Below, in pieces: positions 11,301 to 22,740 of a stretch of DNA of 64,000 nucleotides (position 1 is the stretch's first letter; each line of letters starts with the position of its first letter). The stretch comes from Hormiphora californensis (lineage: Eukaryota > Animalia > Ctenophora): assembly GCA_020137815.1 (NCBI GenBank), contig CM035362.1:1612001-1676000 (forward strand). Reading direction: 5' to 3'. The notes beneath the pieces were generated by a model that saw only the letters and a program-made list of their open reading frames with translations, was not told the DNA's origin and made no database searches. Both the position numbers and the translations under genes were made by a program.

Positions 11301-14300
11301 AAATTGCGATTCGGGGAAATTTCTCGCTTAGAAAATACGATTCGGGAAAATTTTCTCGGTAAGAAATTGCGATTCGGGGAAATTTCTCGCTTAGAAAATA
11401 CGATTCGAGAAAATCTTCTCGGTAAGAAATTGCGATTCGGGGAAATTTCTCGCTTAGAAAATACGATTCGAGAAAATTTTCTCGGTAAGAAATTGCGATT
11501 CGGGGAAATTTCTCGCTTAGAAAATACGATTCGAGAAAATTTTCTCGGTAAGAAATTGCGATTCGGGGAAATTTCTCGCTTAGAAAATACGATTCAGGAA
11601 AATTTTCTCGGTAAGAAATTGCGATTCGGCGAAATTTCTCGCTTAGAAAATACGATTCGGGAAAATTTTCTGGGTAAGAAATTGCGATTCGGGGAATTTT
11701 CTCGCTTAGAAAATACGATTCGAGAAAATTTTCTCGGTAAGAAATTGCGATTCGGGGGAATTTCTCGCTTAGAAAATATGATTCGAGAAAATTTTCTCGG
11801 TAAGAAATTGCGATTCGGGGAAATTTCTCTCGCGATTTTGGCATGCTACATATGTAATTTTACATACAAAATACAAAAAAAAACAGTTTTATATGGTAAT
11901 TTACCATTATTGTTCGAACTTTTACTGTTTTTAAACATTCTTCCACGCTATTTCACGCAATTTAGCACAAAATATATACATATTTTAATATGTATATATT
12001 TTAATATGTATATATTTTGTGCTAAATTGCGTGAAATAGCGTGGAAGAATGTTTAAAAACAGTAAAAGTTCGAACAATAATGGTAAATTACCATATAAAA
12101 CTGTTTTTTTTGTATTTGGTTGCTGCCAAAGGTGACCCAAAGAAATTGCAAAGTAAGCTCCAGAAACTTCTTGGAAAAGCTGAAACAATTCTTCCTGAAA
12201 CAACAAACACCAAGAACTTGGCAGATGATTTCTCCCAGTTCTTTAGTTCGAAAGTGGAAAAAATTCGAACCCAAGTCAATGAGGAGCAGAAGCAAGCTGG
12301 CGACTTTGAGGAACCCGGAAAAGCCTGTCATTCAACGTGGAAGGAATTCAAAGAGATATCGGAGGAGGAACTTGTTAAGGTGGTGAAGTCTATGTCAAGC
12401 AAACATTGTGACCTTGATCCGTTGCCCACTTGGGTAGTAAAGGAGTGCATTAGGGATCTTGCTCCGGTATTAACATCGATGGTAAACCAATCTCTACATC
12501 AGTCTACAGTTGCGGAATCTCTCCAGAAGGCTATCGTGTTTCCTACCATCAAGAATATGTACGGAGATAGGGAAGCTCTCAGTAACTATCGTCCTGTCTC
12601 AAATATCCCATTCCTTTCTAAGCTCCTAGAAAAGGTGGTGCTCATGCAGCTGAATGAGTACCTTGAAAGCAATTCACTTCTGGGCAAGCATCAATCCGGT
12701 TATCGTGCTGGTCACAGTTGCGAAACTCTGTTAGCCAGCATGTTTGATGATGTATTAGGTGAGATGGATAAAGGAAATGTCGTGGCTCTGATCTGTTTGG
12801 ACATGAGTGCCGCATTTGATACGGTGGATCATGAAGAGTTGTTGGAGGTGTTGCAGAAACGGTTTGGAGTGGATGGTGATCCTCTTCAATGGTTTAAGAG
12901 CTACTTGAGTTCCAGATCTTTTAGAGTCTCAGTTGGTGATTGTTTCTCGGATACCCTAGCCTTACTCTGTGGAGTGCCCCAGGGGTCCCTTCTTGGTCCA
13001 ATTTTGTTTCTACTTTACATTGAAGCTGTGCAAGATATTGTGGAACCATATGGACTCCGGATAAAGTTATATGCAGACGACTCCCAGCTCTATGTGAGTC
13101 TGGTTCCTACGGATTCTACTGGCTGGTCTAGGACAAAGGTTGATATTGAGGAGGTGAAGGTGAAGAGGTGGATGGTGGGACAGTGGTTGAAGTGTAATGA
13201 GGCAAAAACGGAATTCATCCTGCTTGGAAAACGCAGTTCTTTGAGTAAAATCTCTTTCGATCCAGTTATCAACTTTGGAGGAACGGAAATCTTCCCCAGT
13301 GAATGTAGTGGAGCAGATGGGAAAACACTGGGAATACTCTTGGATCACAATTTTAATCTTGAACGACAGGTTAATAATGTGAGGAAACAGTGTGGGCTGA
13401 TACTACGGAATCTCTGGCAGTTACACAGATGTTTTGATATTCAAACGAAGATAATGCTGGTCAAACAATTGATTATATCGAGGATTGATTACAGTAATAT
13501 TCTGTACTGTGGACTTCCGGCCCGAGTTCTTGGTGGGCTCCAGAAAACACTAAACTCCTGTGTACGCTTTATATTCAATATCCATGGGCATCAAGAGGAT
13601 TACTTGGAATACTTCAGGCAGTGTCATATTTTACCCATCTCCTACAGACTGGACTTCAAATCCTGTCTAATCGCTTATAAGATAGTCTATGGAACAGCAC
13701 CAGGTTACCTCCAGGAAATGGTACCTCTTGATGAAAGCTGGGGAGTCTCCAGGACAACAAGGATGACTAATGTTATTGATCCTTACAGATTAAAACACCC
13801 CAAGATGACCAGTATCAATGCCAATTCTAAATTGAGACGTAGGAGACTATCGGTATTTCTGCCTACTATTTGGAATGAGCTACCCCTCGAGTTAAGGTCG
13901 ATCCCCAACGTTGATACCTTTAAAGCTCGCCTGAAAACACATCTCTTCGTTGGTGCATTTGGAGTGGGTGATGGGGAACCCATGGCTGAGTTGTAATGTT
14001 TGTTGTAGTTGTGGGGCCTGCGGGCAATCAGTGTCATCCTCTCTCTAGTCATGTTATTAAATCACTATCTGGTATCCTTTTTTGAGCAGGTGTGAGTATA
14101 GCGTGTTTATTATTATTATTATTTTTTTGTACTTTTTTGTATTTTTTTGTATTTTTTTATTTGAGGAAAGCCCTGTTTTTTCCGTACAAACATACAAGAA
14201 ATAGGTTGGAACCCCCCCGGAGCACCGATCAAAGCATTGACAATCATTCTGTTAAATTTTGCAAAAAAGGAAGTAATTTTGATATCTCCTTCTGGTGCTG

Positions 14301-17300
14301 ATACACACTCACACGCCCTCCGTACAACGGTTATATAGGGGAATCTCACACACACACGGGCAGATCTCGGTCAAGGAGAGATTAATTGATTATTCAGAAT
14401 AAAGAGATCTGAGCAAGAATTAAATAGGGAAGAAAATCGAAAAATACTGGGTTCGACCGGGAATTGAACCAGGGACCTCCAGAGAGACGCGCTCGATGCT
14501 CTACCACTGAGCTACCGAACCCCTGTACAGATCGCATTTCTTCACACTATATTCAAGCACATGCCCTTAGCTAGACACCAGGAAGCGACCGAATATTCGG
14601 TTCGGTTCGGTTCGGTTCGGAAATTCGGTGTTTTTTGGGCGGTTCGGTTCGGTTCGGTAGGAAATTTTGGCCGAACCACCGAATTTTTTGGTCAAAAAAT
14701 GCCCAGAAATCGGGCTTTTTCATGCAAAATTTTTCAATTATTTCACGAAAATTGTATGGATTTCAATGTCAATTTCGCCGTATTAACCCCATTTCGAATC
14801 GGTGGTGCTATGTGGAAATGATTTCGCTAGTTAGCGGGTTCGATATGGATTGATTTGATACCTGACTTCCCGTCGAATCGTATCCTCATGAGAGGGTCAA
14901 CAAATTCAGAAACTATTTTTTTCAAAAAATTCATGGAGAGCACCGATCAAGGTAAGAATCATTCTCTGAAATTTTGTAAAAAACTTTGGAAAATATTTCA
15001 AAGTCAATTTTATGGAAAATTTTCTATGTCAATTTTTGCGTACGAATCGTGTTACGAATCGGTATTGCTAAGCGGGAGTGATGTTGCTAATTAGTTGGTC
15101 CGAGATGGATTATGCTGATACGTGATCCCCCATCAAATCTAATTAGGAAGTTTAGGGGACACGATTCATGTTTCAATAAATCCTGCTAATTAGCGAGAGC
15201 ACTGCCGCATAGCATCAACACGATTCGTACGGCAAAATTGACATAGAATTTTTTTTCCGAAATTGACTTTGAAATATTTTACAAAGGTTTTTCACAAAAT
15301 TAAATGTTTCTCTAAAAATTCATGGAGAGCATCGATCAAGGTATTGAGAATCATTACCTGAAATTTTGTGAAATTTTTTTTGTGAAAAATATTTTAAGTA
15401 AATTATGGTGTACGAATCGTGTTTCTAATCGACAATGCTAAACGGGAGTGATGTTGGTAATTATTGGGTCCGAGATGGATTGTGCTGATACGTGATCCCC
15501 CATCAAATCTAATTGGGAAATTTAGAGAGACACGATTCATGGTTCGTTTAATCCTGCTAATTAGCAATACCATTCCCGTATAGCATTGCCGATTCGAAAC
15601 ACGATTCGTACGCAAAAATTGACATAGAAAATTTACGATAAAATTGACTTTGAAAATTTTTTCACAAAATTGACTTTGAAATTTTTTCAAACATTTTTTA
15701 ACAAAATTTCAGAGAATGATTCTCAATACCTTGATCGGTGCTCTCCATGACTTTTTAGAGAAACATTTATACAGAAAAAGTTTTGTATGGTTCGGTTCGG
15801 TTCGGTTACCGAAATTCGGTTCGGTTCGGTTCGGTTCGGTTCGGTAAAAAAGTTTTTCAAATTCGGTTCGGTTCGGTTCGGTGGAAAAAAAACCCGGTTC
15901 GGTCGTTTCCTGCTAGACACCATGTGATAGAGGAAGTAATTTTGATATCTCCTTCTGGTGCTGATACAAGAAAAATTTTGGGGGGAAAAATCCTGCCACT
16001 AAATCGGGGTGCCACTAAATCGGGGGCCACTAAATCGGGGTCCGACTGTATTAGTAATGCAAATGGGATCACATTTCGCAAACTGAATTTAAATCTCTTC
16101 CAGAGACGTCCTAGCGGAGGAGCTATAGTACATATATATACGTATGCACCGCCCGAGACGTTATGTATCACCAAAAAAGTGATCTCCCGGGAACTTCTCT
16201 AGGAAATCTTTGGAGGTGCAAGGGCTAGGCCGTCAAAATTTGGCTCATGTTCGGTATCTCATTCTCCATCTTGCTCACATCACATTCTGTGCATTGCATC
16301 CTTTATCTAAAAGAATATTATACTCTAAAAGCCTTACAGAAGATATCAAGAAAGTTGCGGATTTCAAGAAATGGCATCATCGTATCCATGTTCTCGTAAA
16401 TATTATCCGCAGAGAAGGCGCTAACTTCTCAGGGGAACTTTCAAAACCAGTCGCCCGCTTCACCACAATATTCGGTAGAATTTCAATGATGCAAGAGTTT
16501 TCAGTACTCTGAAAGGGTGAGTCGTGAGAAGAATTTTACATAACAGTTACAATGACGATGTGGTTCAAGACTTGTGCTCCGTAGTCCGTAATATTGGCGT
16601 TTCCTACGTCAAACCACGTCAAAGACATTTATTGCTTTTTTGTGCGTCTTGGACGTCTTGAACCACGTCGTCGTTGTAATACACATATAATGTGAACCAC
16701 GATTGAATTAAAAGCATTTTAGAATTAAATCTTACACTTAGGTTGTATCTTACACTAGATTGTATCTTACACTAGATTGTATCTTTTGTCCACGAACTTT
16801 TCCACTATATTTGTAATGATCCAAATCTAATGCCTCATTATGCGATTTCGTGTAAGGCTTATCTTGTACAGGTTGGAAAGTAATTAGGATACTGAGACAG
16901 TGAAGCATATAAGATACATCGATACATCTACCATCAGCATACAATATCCCTGTTTGGTGGTAGCCTTCAGTGAAATCTGCACCGAATAACTTGGCGATCT
17001 GACGGAGATTTTAATTTTAATAAATCAGTTAACTATTGTGGTAAGTGGCGGTATAGTGCGGTAATACGACGACAATTTTTCGGCATAATCGTTCTAAAGC
17101 TAATTTCACTTCTAGGGTAAACACTATCGATTTAAGGATATGGAGGATGCGGGTAGTACCTAGGGTACTCTATAGGGTCCCTAGAAACACCCCCTGAAGT
17201 TGTCGCAAGATTGGCGATGAAGAACTTGACTTAATTGGGCCTAATTGGTTATAGGGTGTTTTCAGGCTGAAGCCAAAACCATAAGTACCCTTAGAATAGG

Positions 17301-19739
17301 AGTAGAGTAAAAACCGATGGCAATAAAGTGATCAGCGTCCTCACATTAGTGGGGGTGGGTGCTGGAATTAAGTCTCTATCTCATCTGGTTAATTAGATAA
17401 TTATTAATTAGATAATTAGATGCGCACATAGCCGTTTTATGGTTATACGGTAAAAATCATCTTAGGAAACGGGTAGAGACAAAACCGAGGGCACTAAAAT
17501 GGTCAGCGTCCTCAAATTAGTGGGGGTAGGTGCTGAAATTAAGTCTCTATCTCATCTGGTTAATTAGATAATTGGATAATTAGGTTTGCACATAACCGTT
17601 TTTTGGCTATATGGCTATAGCCACTTAGGAATTGTTTAGAGACTTTTCATAGGCGCCATTTTGTAGACAATGGCCAAGTTATGGGGGGTCTACGTTGGAC
17701 TTTTAAGCTCTATCTTCAACCGTTTAACCGTTATTTGGCTTTATATGTGTTCAAAATCGGGCTTTTTACCGTTTTTTGCTCATTTTGAGCACCTTTAAAG
17801 CCAAATAACGGCTAAACGGTTGGAGATACAGCTTAAAAGTCCGACGTCGACCCCCCATAAATTTGCCATTGTCTACAAAATGGCGCCAATAAAAAGTCTC
17901 TAAACCATTCCTAAGTGGCTATAGCCATATAGCCAAAAACGGTTATGTGCTTAATTCAAGCACCTACCCCCACTAATTCGAGGACGCTGATCGTTTTAGT
18001 GCCCTCGGTTTTGTCCCTACTCGTTTCCTAAGATGGTTTTTACCGTATAGCCATAAAACAGCTATGTGCACATCTAATTATCTAATTATCTAATTAACCA
18101 GATGAGATAGAGACTTAATTCCAGCACCTACCCCCAATAATGTGTGGGGCTGATCACTTTAGTGCCCTCGGTTTTTACTCTACTCCTATTCTAAGGGTAC
18201 TTATGGTTTTGGCTTCAGCCTGAAAACACCCTATAGCCAATTAGGCCCAATTAAGTCAAGTTCTTCATCGCCGATCTTGCGACAACTTCAGGGGGTGTTT
18301 CTAGGGACCCCATAGAGTACCCTAGAAGTGGAATTAGCTTTAGAACGATTATGCCGAAAACTTGCCAAATTTCGACGTCATATGCCCGTACTAGTATTTT
18401 ACCAAGGAGGGGAGGCCAGCCTTCACAATAGTAACTGATACATCTGTGATAAAATTCTTATCCTTGTTTTTTACGAGAAACTCCATAAAGGTTGTTAATG
18501 CCAGCGCCCAATCGTTGTAGTTACAGGCATTTATAACTTCCTGAGAAGAAGAAAAAGAATCAAAGATGAGATTAGCAGGATCAATACAAGGGCGCCACCC
18601 AACTTCCTGAGAAGAGTTATCTTTTATGTACTGACTTGTAATGTTCTATGTTCTAACCCTTCTTTACAGCTGTAAAAGAGGTTCTTGCAGGGCGTGGTGA
18701 AACATGGTGAAACCCAATCATATGTACCTACCTCTGAAAGGTGTGTGAAGAGGAACTTTAGAAATTCAACCGGAAGATCCTTGTCGTATTTTTCTATCCT
18801 TTTATTCCATTTTGCCCAATAGAGGGATGTGTGGATTTCTCGACAAATTACATCGGCAGGGTCATCATCTTCTGAAAAGTAGGAAATGTTTTTTACCGAA
18901 AAGTACTGAACTAGGAGTCACACAATCAAAGAAACTTTCACAAATAAATATTCTTCCCCGACCTAGCTGTAATTGGTTATGCAACTAGTTGAGTGTCGAT
19001 TTGACACGATAGAGCTCAATCGAGATCAACTTATTTCAAATAAGGTGTTTCAATTTGTCATTGGTTATCTAATAATTTCATATTCCTGTATTTTTCGTAG
19101 CCTACCTGTGCAACGTCTGATGAGTCTTGAAAAACTATCAACAATGGTCCCGGAATTAAGCTGCTTTTGAACCAAACATCGTTGCTTTTCAATGCCTGTT
19201 CAATGTTGATAAGATATGTTAATTAAAGATAATATTTTCATAACAGCAATCATAAATAAAACTTACTATTATCTTCCCCTATTTCAGGAACTCTAGTGGC
19301 GGTGTTCGGAACTGTGGTGGTGGCGGTGTCTCTACTGAAGGAAGCCTGATTCTCCTCGACGTAGTTCTCATAAAGTTGTTGGCAGAGTTGTGATACTCGA
19401 CCTCCATCAACTTCAGGGCAGCCCTTCATAATATGAGAGCAAATTTCATCGTTCAGTTCTTCTGTGCTGTAAATTATGGTGTATTAGTCATCTGAACCAA
19501 AACGTGATCCGTTTTACTGCATAAAAATTATATATATGTTTGCTGTGCTTAAAATTATGGACAATAGTAAGGGAAGAGGGGATGCAGTGATATGTATAAT
19601 GTAGAGACTTGATACATCATACAACTTACCAAAATACACATTTCAAAAGGTAAAACTTGCATGCTTGTCAATATGTACAGAAGATCTGGTTGACTCACGA
19701 GGTGAGTTTATTCGTGGACTCCTCTTCACTTGGATCCAT
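8343..19739 (-). CDS. TPR-repeat protein with C-terminal MYND zinc finger, multi-exon; junction around 16050-16510 unresolved
   Basis: The 3' exons give TPR-like 'FKELGNHFYAQRKFVDAADVYT' (~9790-10060) and 'RSAAHFEQGKYQEALADS' (~8970-9105), then MYND 'CIICE...RCKKCRHPYCSKTCYEKDSQHSKYC' with TAG at 8343-8345. The 5' exons from ATG 19739 down to ~16770 splice in a consistent frame. Whether both halves form one gene is uncertain. Confidence 0.6.
9410..9640. repeat. Dispersed ~230-bp repeat containing CCCTAA-like units (copy 1)
   Basis: GATCTGGGTGTTTGG...AACCGCCAAACCACTCAACCGTTTT...CCCTAACCCT...CAGATTTTAACGCTGGCC recurs at ~20010-20270. Confidence 0.75.
10122..10333. mobile_element. Palindromic MITE (TAGGGTAGCGACTAGCTA termini)
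   Basis: ~90-bp inverted arms; a partial second copy lies at ~9293-9390. Confidence 0.8.
11231..11830. repeat. 63-bp tandem array, about 9.5 copies, each a dimer of ~31-bp subunits
   Basis: CGGTAAGAAATTGCGATTCGGGGAAATTTCT-CGCTTAGAAAATACGATTCGAGAAAATTTTCT; produces the 21-aa repeat ORFs on both strands. Confidence 0.95.
11867..12118. repeat. ~250-bp near-perfect palindrome
   Basis: CAAAATACAAAAAAAACAGTTTTATATGG...GCACAAAATATATACATATT mirrored as AATATGTATATATTTTGTGC...CCATATAAAACTGTTTTTTTTGTATTTG. Confidence 0.9.
12119..14122 (+). mobile_element. 5'-truncated non-LTR retrotransposon (L2/CR1 group) with open reverse transcriptase frame
   Basis: ORF to 13996 has NYRPVS, QSGYR, DMSAAFDTVDH, GVPQGSLLGPILF and YADD. 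No endonuclease domain. Short 3' UTR ends in a (TTA)n tail at ~14107-14122. Confidence 0.92.
14449..14521 (-). ncRNA. tRNA-like Pol III unit with degenerate anticodon arm
   Basis: GGTTCGG TA GCTCAGTGGTAGAGC...GGTTCAATTCC CGG TCGAACC: paired acceptor and D stems, A and B boxes, and a T5 run just downstream. Anticodon and T stems have mismatches. Confidence 0.7.
14579..15912. mobile_element. Non-autonomous hAT-type element with (GGTTC)n subterminal repeats
   Basis: TIR CAGGAAGCGACCGAA / TTCGGTCGTTTCCTG; 8-bp TSD CTAGACAC at 14571-14578 and 15913-15920. Confidence 0.85.
17054..18393. mobile_element. ~1.34-kb foldback element, Academ-like termini
   Basis: Imperfect inverted arms over nearly the whole length; TAGT...ACTA ends; 3-bp TSD GTA. 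Confidence 0.75.
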
Positions 19740-20009
19740 GCTTGGCACCTTCTTGATCAGTTTGGGTTGGCCTTCTTGATCAGTGCCTCCATTCTAGAAA
19801 TATTGGGGACATGGCCCATCATTTTTAACTTATTTATTACTACAGAACGTGTAAACTCATTTTTATGTATAATTTTTAACTTTTACCCCCTCGGAAGTCG
19901 GACATGGCCTCATTCCCTCGTGCAAACGGCTATAGCCACGCAACTACATGACCAATTTTGTAAACTAAACAGTAAACGGTATGATACCGTCGGTATCTGA
20001 TAGACAATC

Positions 20010-20270
20010 GATCTGGGTGTTTGGTGGCTTGTTTACAGGTGCACGCTTACAAAAAGTTGATTCACCAAAATGGCTCTAACCGCCAAACCACTCAACCGTT
20101 TTGCCTTATTCAAAGTTTATCTGGTAGGAAATGTCAAGGCCTAACCCCAAGCCAAACCCTAACCCTACTTTAGCCCTAACTTTTTCTTTTTTTACTTTAG
20201 CCCTAACCCTTGGCAAACGCTGCTGGCCCCCGATAAGGCAGCGCTTTTCAGCAGATTTTAACGCTGGCCC
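20010..20270. repeat. Dispersed repeat containing CCCTAA-like units (copy 2)
   Basis: Homologous to 9410-9640. Confidence 0.75.
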
Positions 20271-20432
20271 TTTTTTAGGGATCAAAAATTTAAAATTAAG
20301 GGATCAAAATAATTTTCACGAAGGATAACATGTTTGGCAGCGCTTTTACCATCACCAGTCCGCGCGTTACATTGAAATCCGCGACGAATGTTTTATTTAT
20401 TCGTGCGCGCAATATTTCCTCCCCCCCCCCCA

Positions 20433-20655
20433 TAGTGGAAGCTCTTATGGTAATTCCCACGCCCCGTGGGAAAGTTTTCGACCGTGGGAAAGTTTTCAAA
20501 CCGTGGGAAAAGAGAGATACATGCAATAAAGAATAAAAAAACAATTTATTTTTTATAGTTATTGTATGTATCTCTCTTTTCCCACGGTTCGAAAACTTTC
20601 CCACGGTCGAAAACTTTCCCACGGGGCGTGGGAATTACCGTAAGAGCTTCCACTA
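20433..20655. mobile_element. Palindromic MITE, Academ-like termini
   Basis: TAGTGGAAGCTCTTA...TAAGAGCTTCCACTA; three CCGTGGGAAA motifs per arm; 3-bp TSD CCA. Confidence 0.8.
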
Positions 20656-20841
20656 CCAGAAATAAAATAAAAATAAAAACAGATTTCTCGAAGAAGAATT
20701 ATCAAGACCGGATGAATTAATTAATTAATTTATTGTTTATTTACTCTGAAAAGCGATGCCTTATCTCTTGAAAAGCGCTTGGTTTTGTATGCCAAACTTA
20801 ACCCACACTGCTTGTCAAAGTTGTCTGTAGCATATGTCTAA

Positions 20842-21072
20842 AGTCCAATTTTTTATTTAAGCGACAGGCCGCCGCGCATCAAAATGCAGCGCTTGAAATC
20901 GATTTCCGGTTCCTGATAAGCTAGCGACTTTTTCTTGGTTCCATTGGAAAGATAAAATTTTTATCTTTCCAACGCAACCAGGATCAAGTCTTTATCTTAT
21001 CAGGAACCGGAGATATGACCAATTAAACAATTGTGTGCGCGGCGGCCTGTCGCTTAAATAAAAAATTCGACT
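20842..21072. mobile_element. Palindromic MITE, possibly Kolobok-type
   Basis: AGTCCAATTTTTTATTTAAGCGACAGGCCGCCGCGCA mirrored at the right end; flanks CTAA and TTAA. Confidence 0.6.
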
Positions 21073-21442
21073 TTAATTCCAGGTCCAATCAAGCTCAGAA
21101 CATGATCAGGTGGTCAATCTGTGATAAATCACGGATGTGCATTAAGCATTTTGATATCTGTGACAAAAAGGCCTTAAAAGTGTACAACATTTTTGGGGGC
21201 TTCATCCCAACCCCTGGACTTGTAGCCCCTACACCCCGTCCACCGCCGGCCTACTCCTAGACCCTCCAGGAGGGTCCCACCCCCGCACACCCTGGCTGAG
21301 GGTCCACCCTAGACCTGGGGCCCTGGACCCTCGAGTCCTAGGTTTAGGGTGGACACAGGGCCTGGACACACTTGGGTTCCCCACACCTCCCCTTTTAATG
21401 AAATTAATTGCTAGGTCAGTATAGTTGTTAAAGCTGGTTCCA

Positions 21443-22740
21443 ATGGTGGTCAACACTAAATCTAAACGCTCTCTGTAAGTGTCATGGTTCAAATATTGAT
21501 AATCTTCAGTAGACACACAGCGGGTTGATGATCTCCTAACTACCCTGTTATGTTTTAGAAACTCAAAAACTGAAAGAAAATCAAAAGAGCTTGGGTTTGA
21601 TCTATCTACAACAGCAAAACTCGACACAGAGGGTGCTCCATGGGAGGATAAAAAGGTATGTTTGTGTTTGATCCCCCTGCAATTGAACCCTCTTGCTTAT
21701 TTGTGTATACTGTATAGTTTTTACTTTCTAGTTTCTATTGTATGTCTTGTCTGGTGAGTGGTATAACCACAGTGCTCGACGTCTGCGGGTTGATAGGGAG
21801 CTAAATTGTTTCACCTCATTTCCCAATTCAGATGACTCGAGCTAAAAAGTCAACGAGAGAGGCCCTCGGAGATTATCTTTCCAGACTTAACACTGTAAGC
21901 AATGAATGAGAATATTATTTCTTCGCTCCAACAGTAACTCCCGTTCCTAACTGCATCCCTCAATATAATATCCCTTTCCTAACTGCAGCCCTAATTTCAG
22001 ATGTATATTGAAGAGATCGAGGAACTTGAGTTAAAGTGAGTATAACACAACTAGATAGTTATCCGTGGTTTAGAAAATTCTTTGTAACATAATGTCATAT
22101 TTCAGGGCAGATGTTGCTAAAATGATTGCAGCGGGGAAAATAGAAAACAGCAAGGTAGGTTACTACTTTCATAAAACGCACAATATCTGTTTGTTGCCTC
22201 AATGACTTTGTTCTACCCTGTTATTCACAGAACAGATATTTTGCGTTTATTTGGTTTTTGTTGGATATTTGCCTGCTATTGGATATTATAATATTGCTAA
22301 TTACTAACTCCATGTTGTAGGAAACAGTCTACAACATGATGGTCAGGTAATGATAAGCATTTTATAGCTTTAGTCATTATTATAGCATCATTTCAAGAAG
22401 GTAGCCTTGCAGGGCGGGTTAGGAAGGGGGGGGGGGCAATGACCTTTATCAGTCTAGTCAAATAGAAACCTAACTGTTTATAAATCTCCCTGGTCATTCG
22501 CGAACATTGTTCCTGCCCGTCCTAGTTACTAAACAAAGCATTGACTATTGAGTCGTTGTGTGTATGTTTCATCTGTGCTGTGTGTTTTTGTTACTATCCA
22601 CTACCATATATCCTGAACACTCAATCAATCAACGATTCATTAGTAGTTTTTCAGCTTATTATATCTCTCAGATTTGGATCCCTTAGCTCATTATTATCTC
22701 TCTCAGATTTGGATCCCCGTACCGCGACGCCACCCAATAA
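21443..22740 (+). CDS. Small multi-exon unrecognised protein (~110 aa)
   Basis: Seven short exons with canonical GT-AG splice in one frame: MVVNTKSKRSL-NSKTERKSKELGFDLSTTAKLDTEGAPWEDKK-MTRAKKSTREALGDYLSRLNT-MYIEEIEELELK-ADVAKMIAAGKIENSK-ETVYNMMVR-FGSPYRDATQ*. Confidence 0.55.

Larger units (their letters stand above)
11015..14219. mobile_element. Non-autonomous TIR element with G-run termini (possibly hAT-like)
   Basis: CGGGGGGGTTCCAACCTATTT ... AAATAGGTTGGAACCCCCCCG, with subterminal (ATTTTTTTGT)n repeats at both ends. No TSD seen. Confidence 0.65.
14268..15968 (-). mobile_element. ~360-bp element with 38-bp terminal direct repeats and an internal tRNA-like unit, interrupted by a hAT MITE
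   Basis: AGGAAGTAATTTTGATATCTCCTTCTGGTGCTGATACA at both 14268-14305 and 15931-15968. Confidence 0.65.
10925..16048. mobile_element. Tc1/pogo-like MITE (CAGTCGGACCCCGATTTAGTGG TIR) hosting nested insertions
   Basis: TIRs at 10925 and 16048, flanked by TATTAGTA on both sides (TA core). Same family at 47158-48016 and 49563-49734. Confidence 0.8.

Noticed and set aside
11231-11830. Possible CRISPR array or repeat protein (284-aa and 287-aa ORFs)
   Set aside because: The units are contiguous with no unique spacers, no cas genes are present and the context is eukaryotic. The ORFs arise because the 63-bp unit is a multiple of three.
14449-14521. Functional tRNA gene
   Set aside because: Mismatched anticodon and T stems, no U33, and it lies within a repeat element.
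16170-16510. Selenoprotein-like read-through of several in-frame TGA codons on the minus strand
   Set aside because: No SECIS identified and no homology support; unresolved splicing or decay is simpler.
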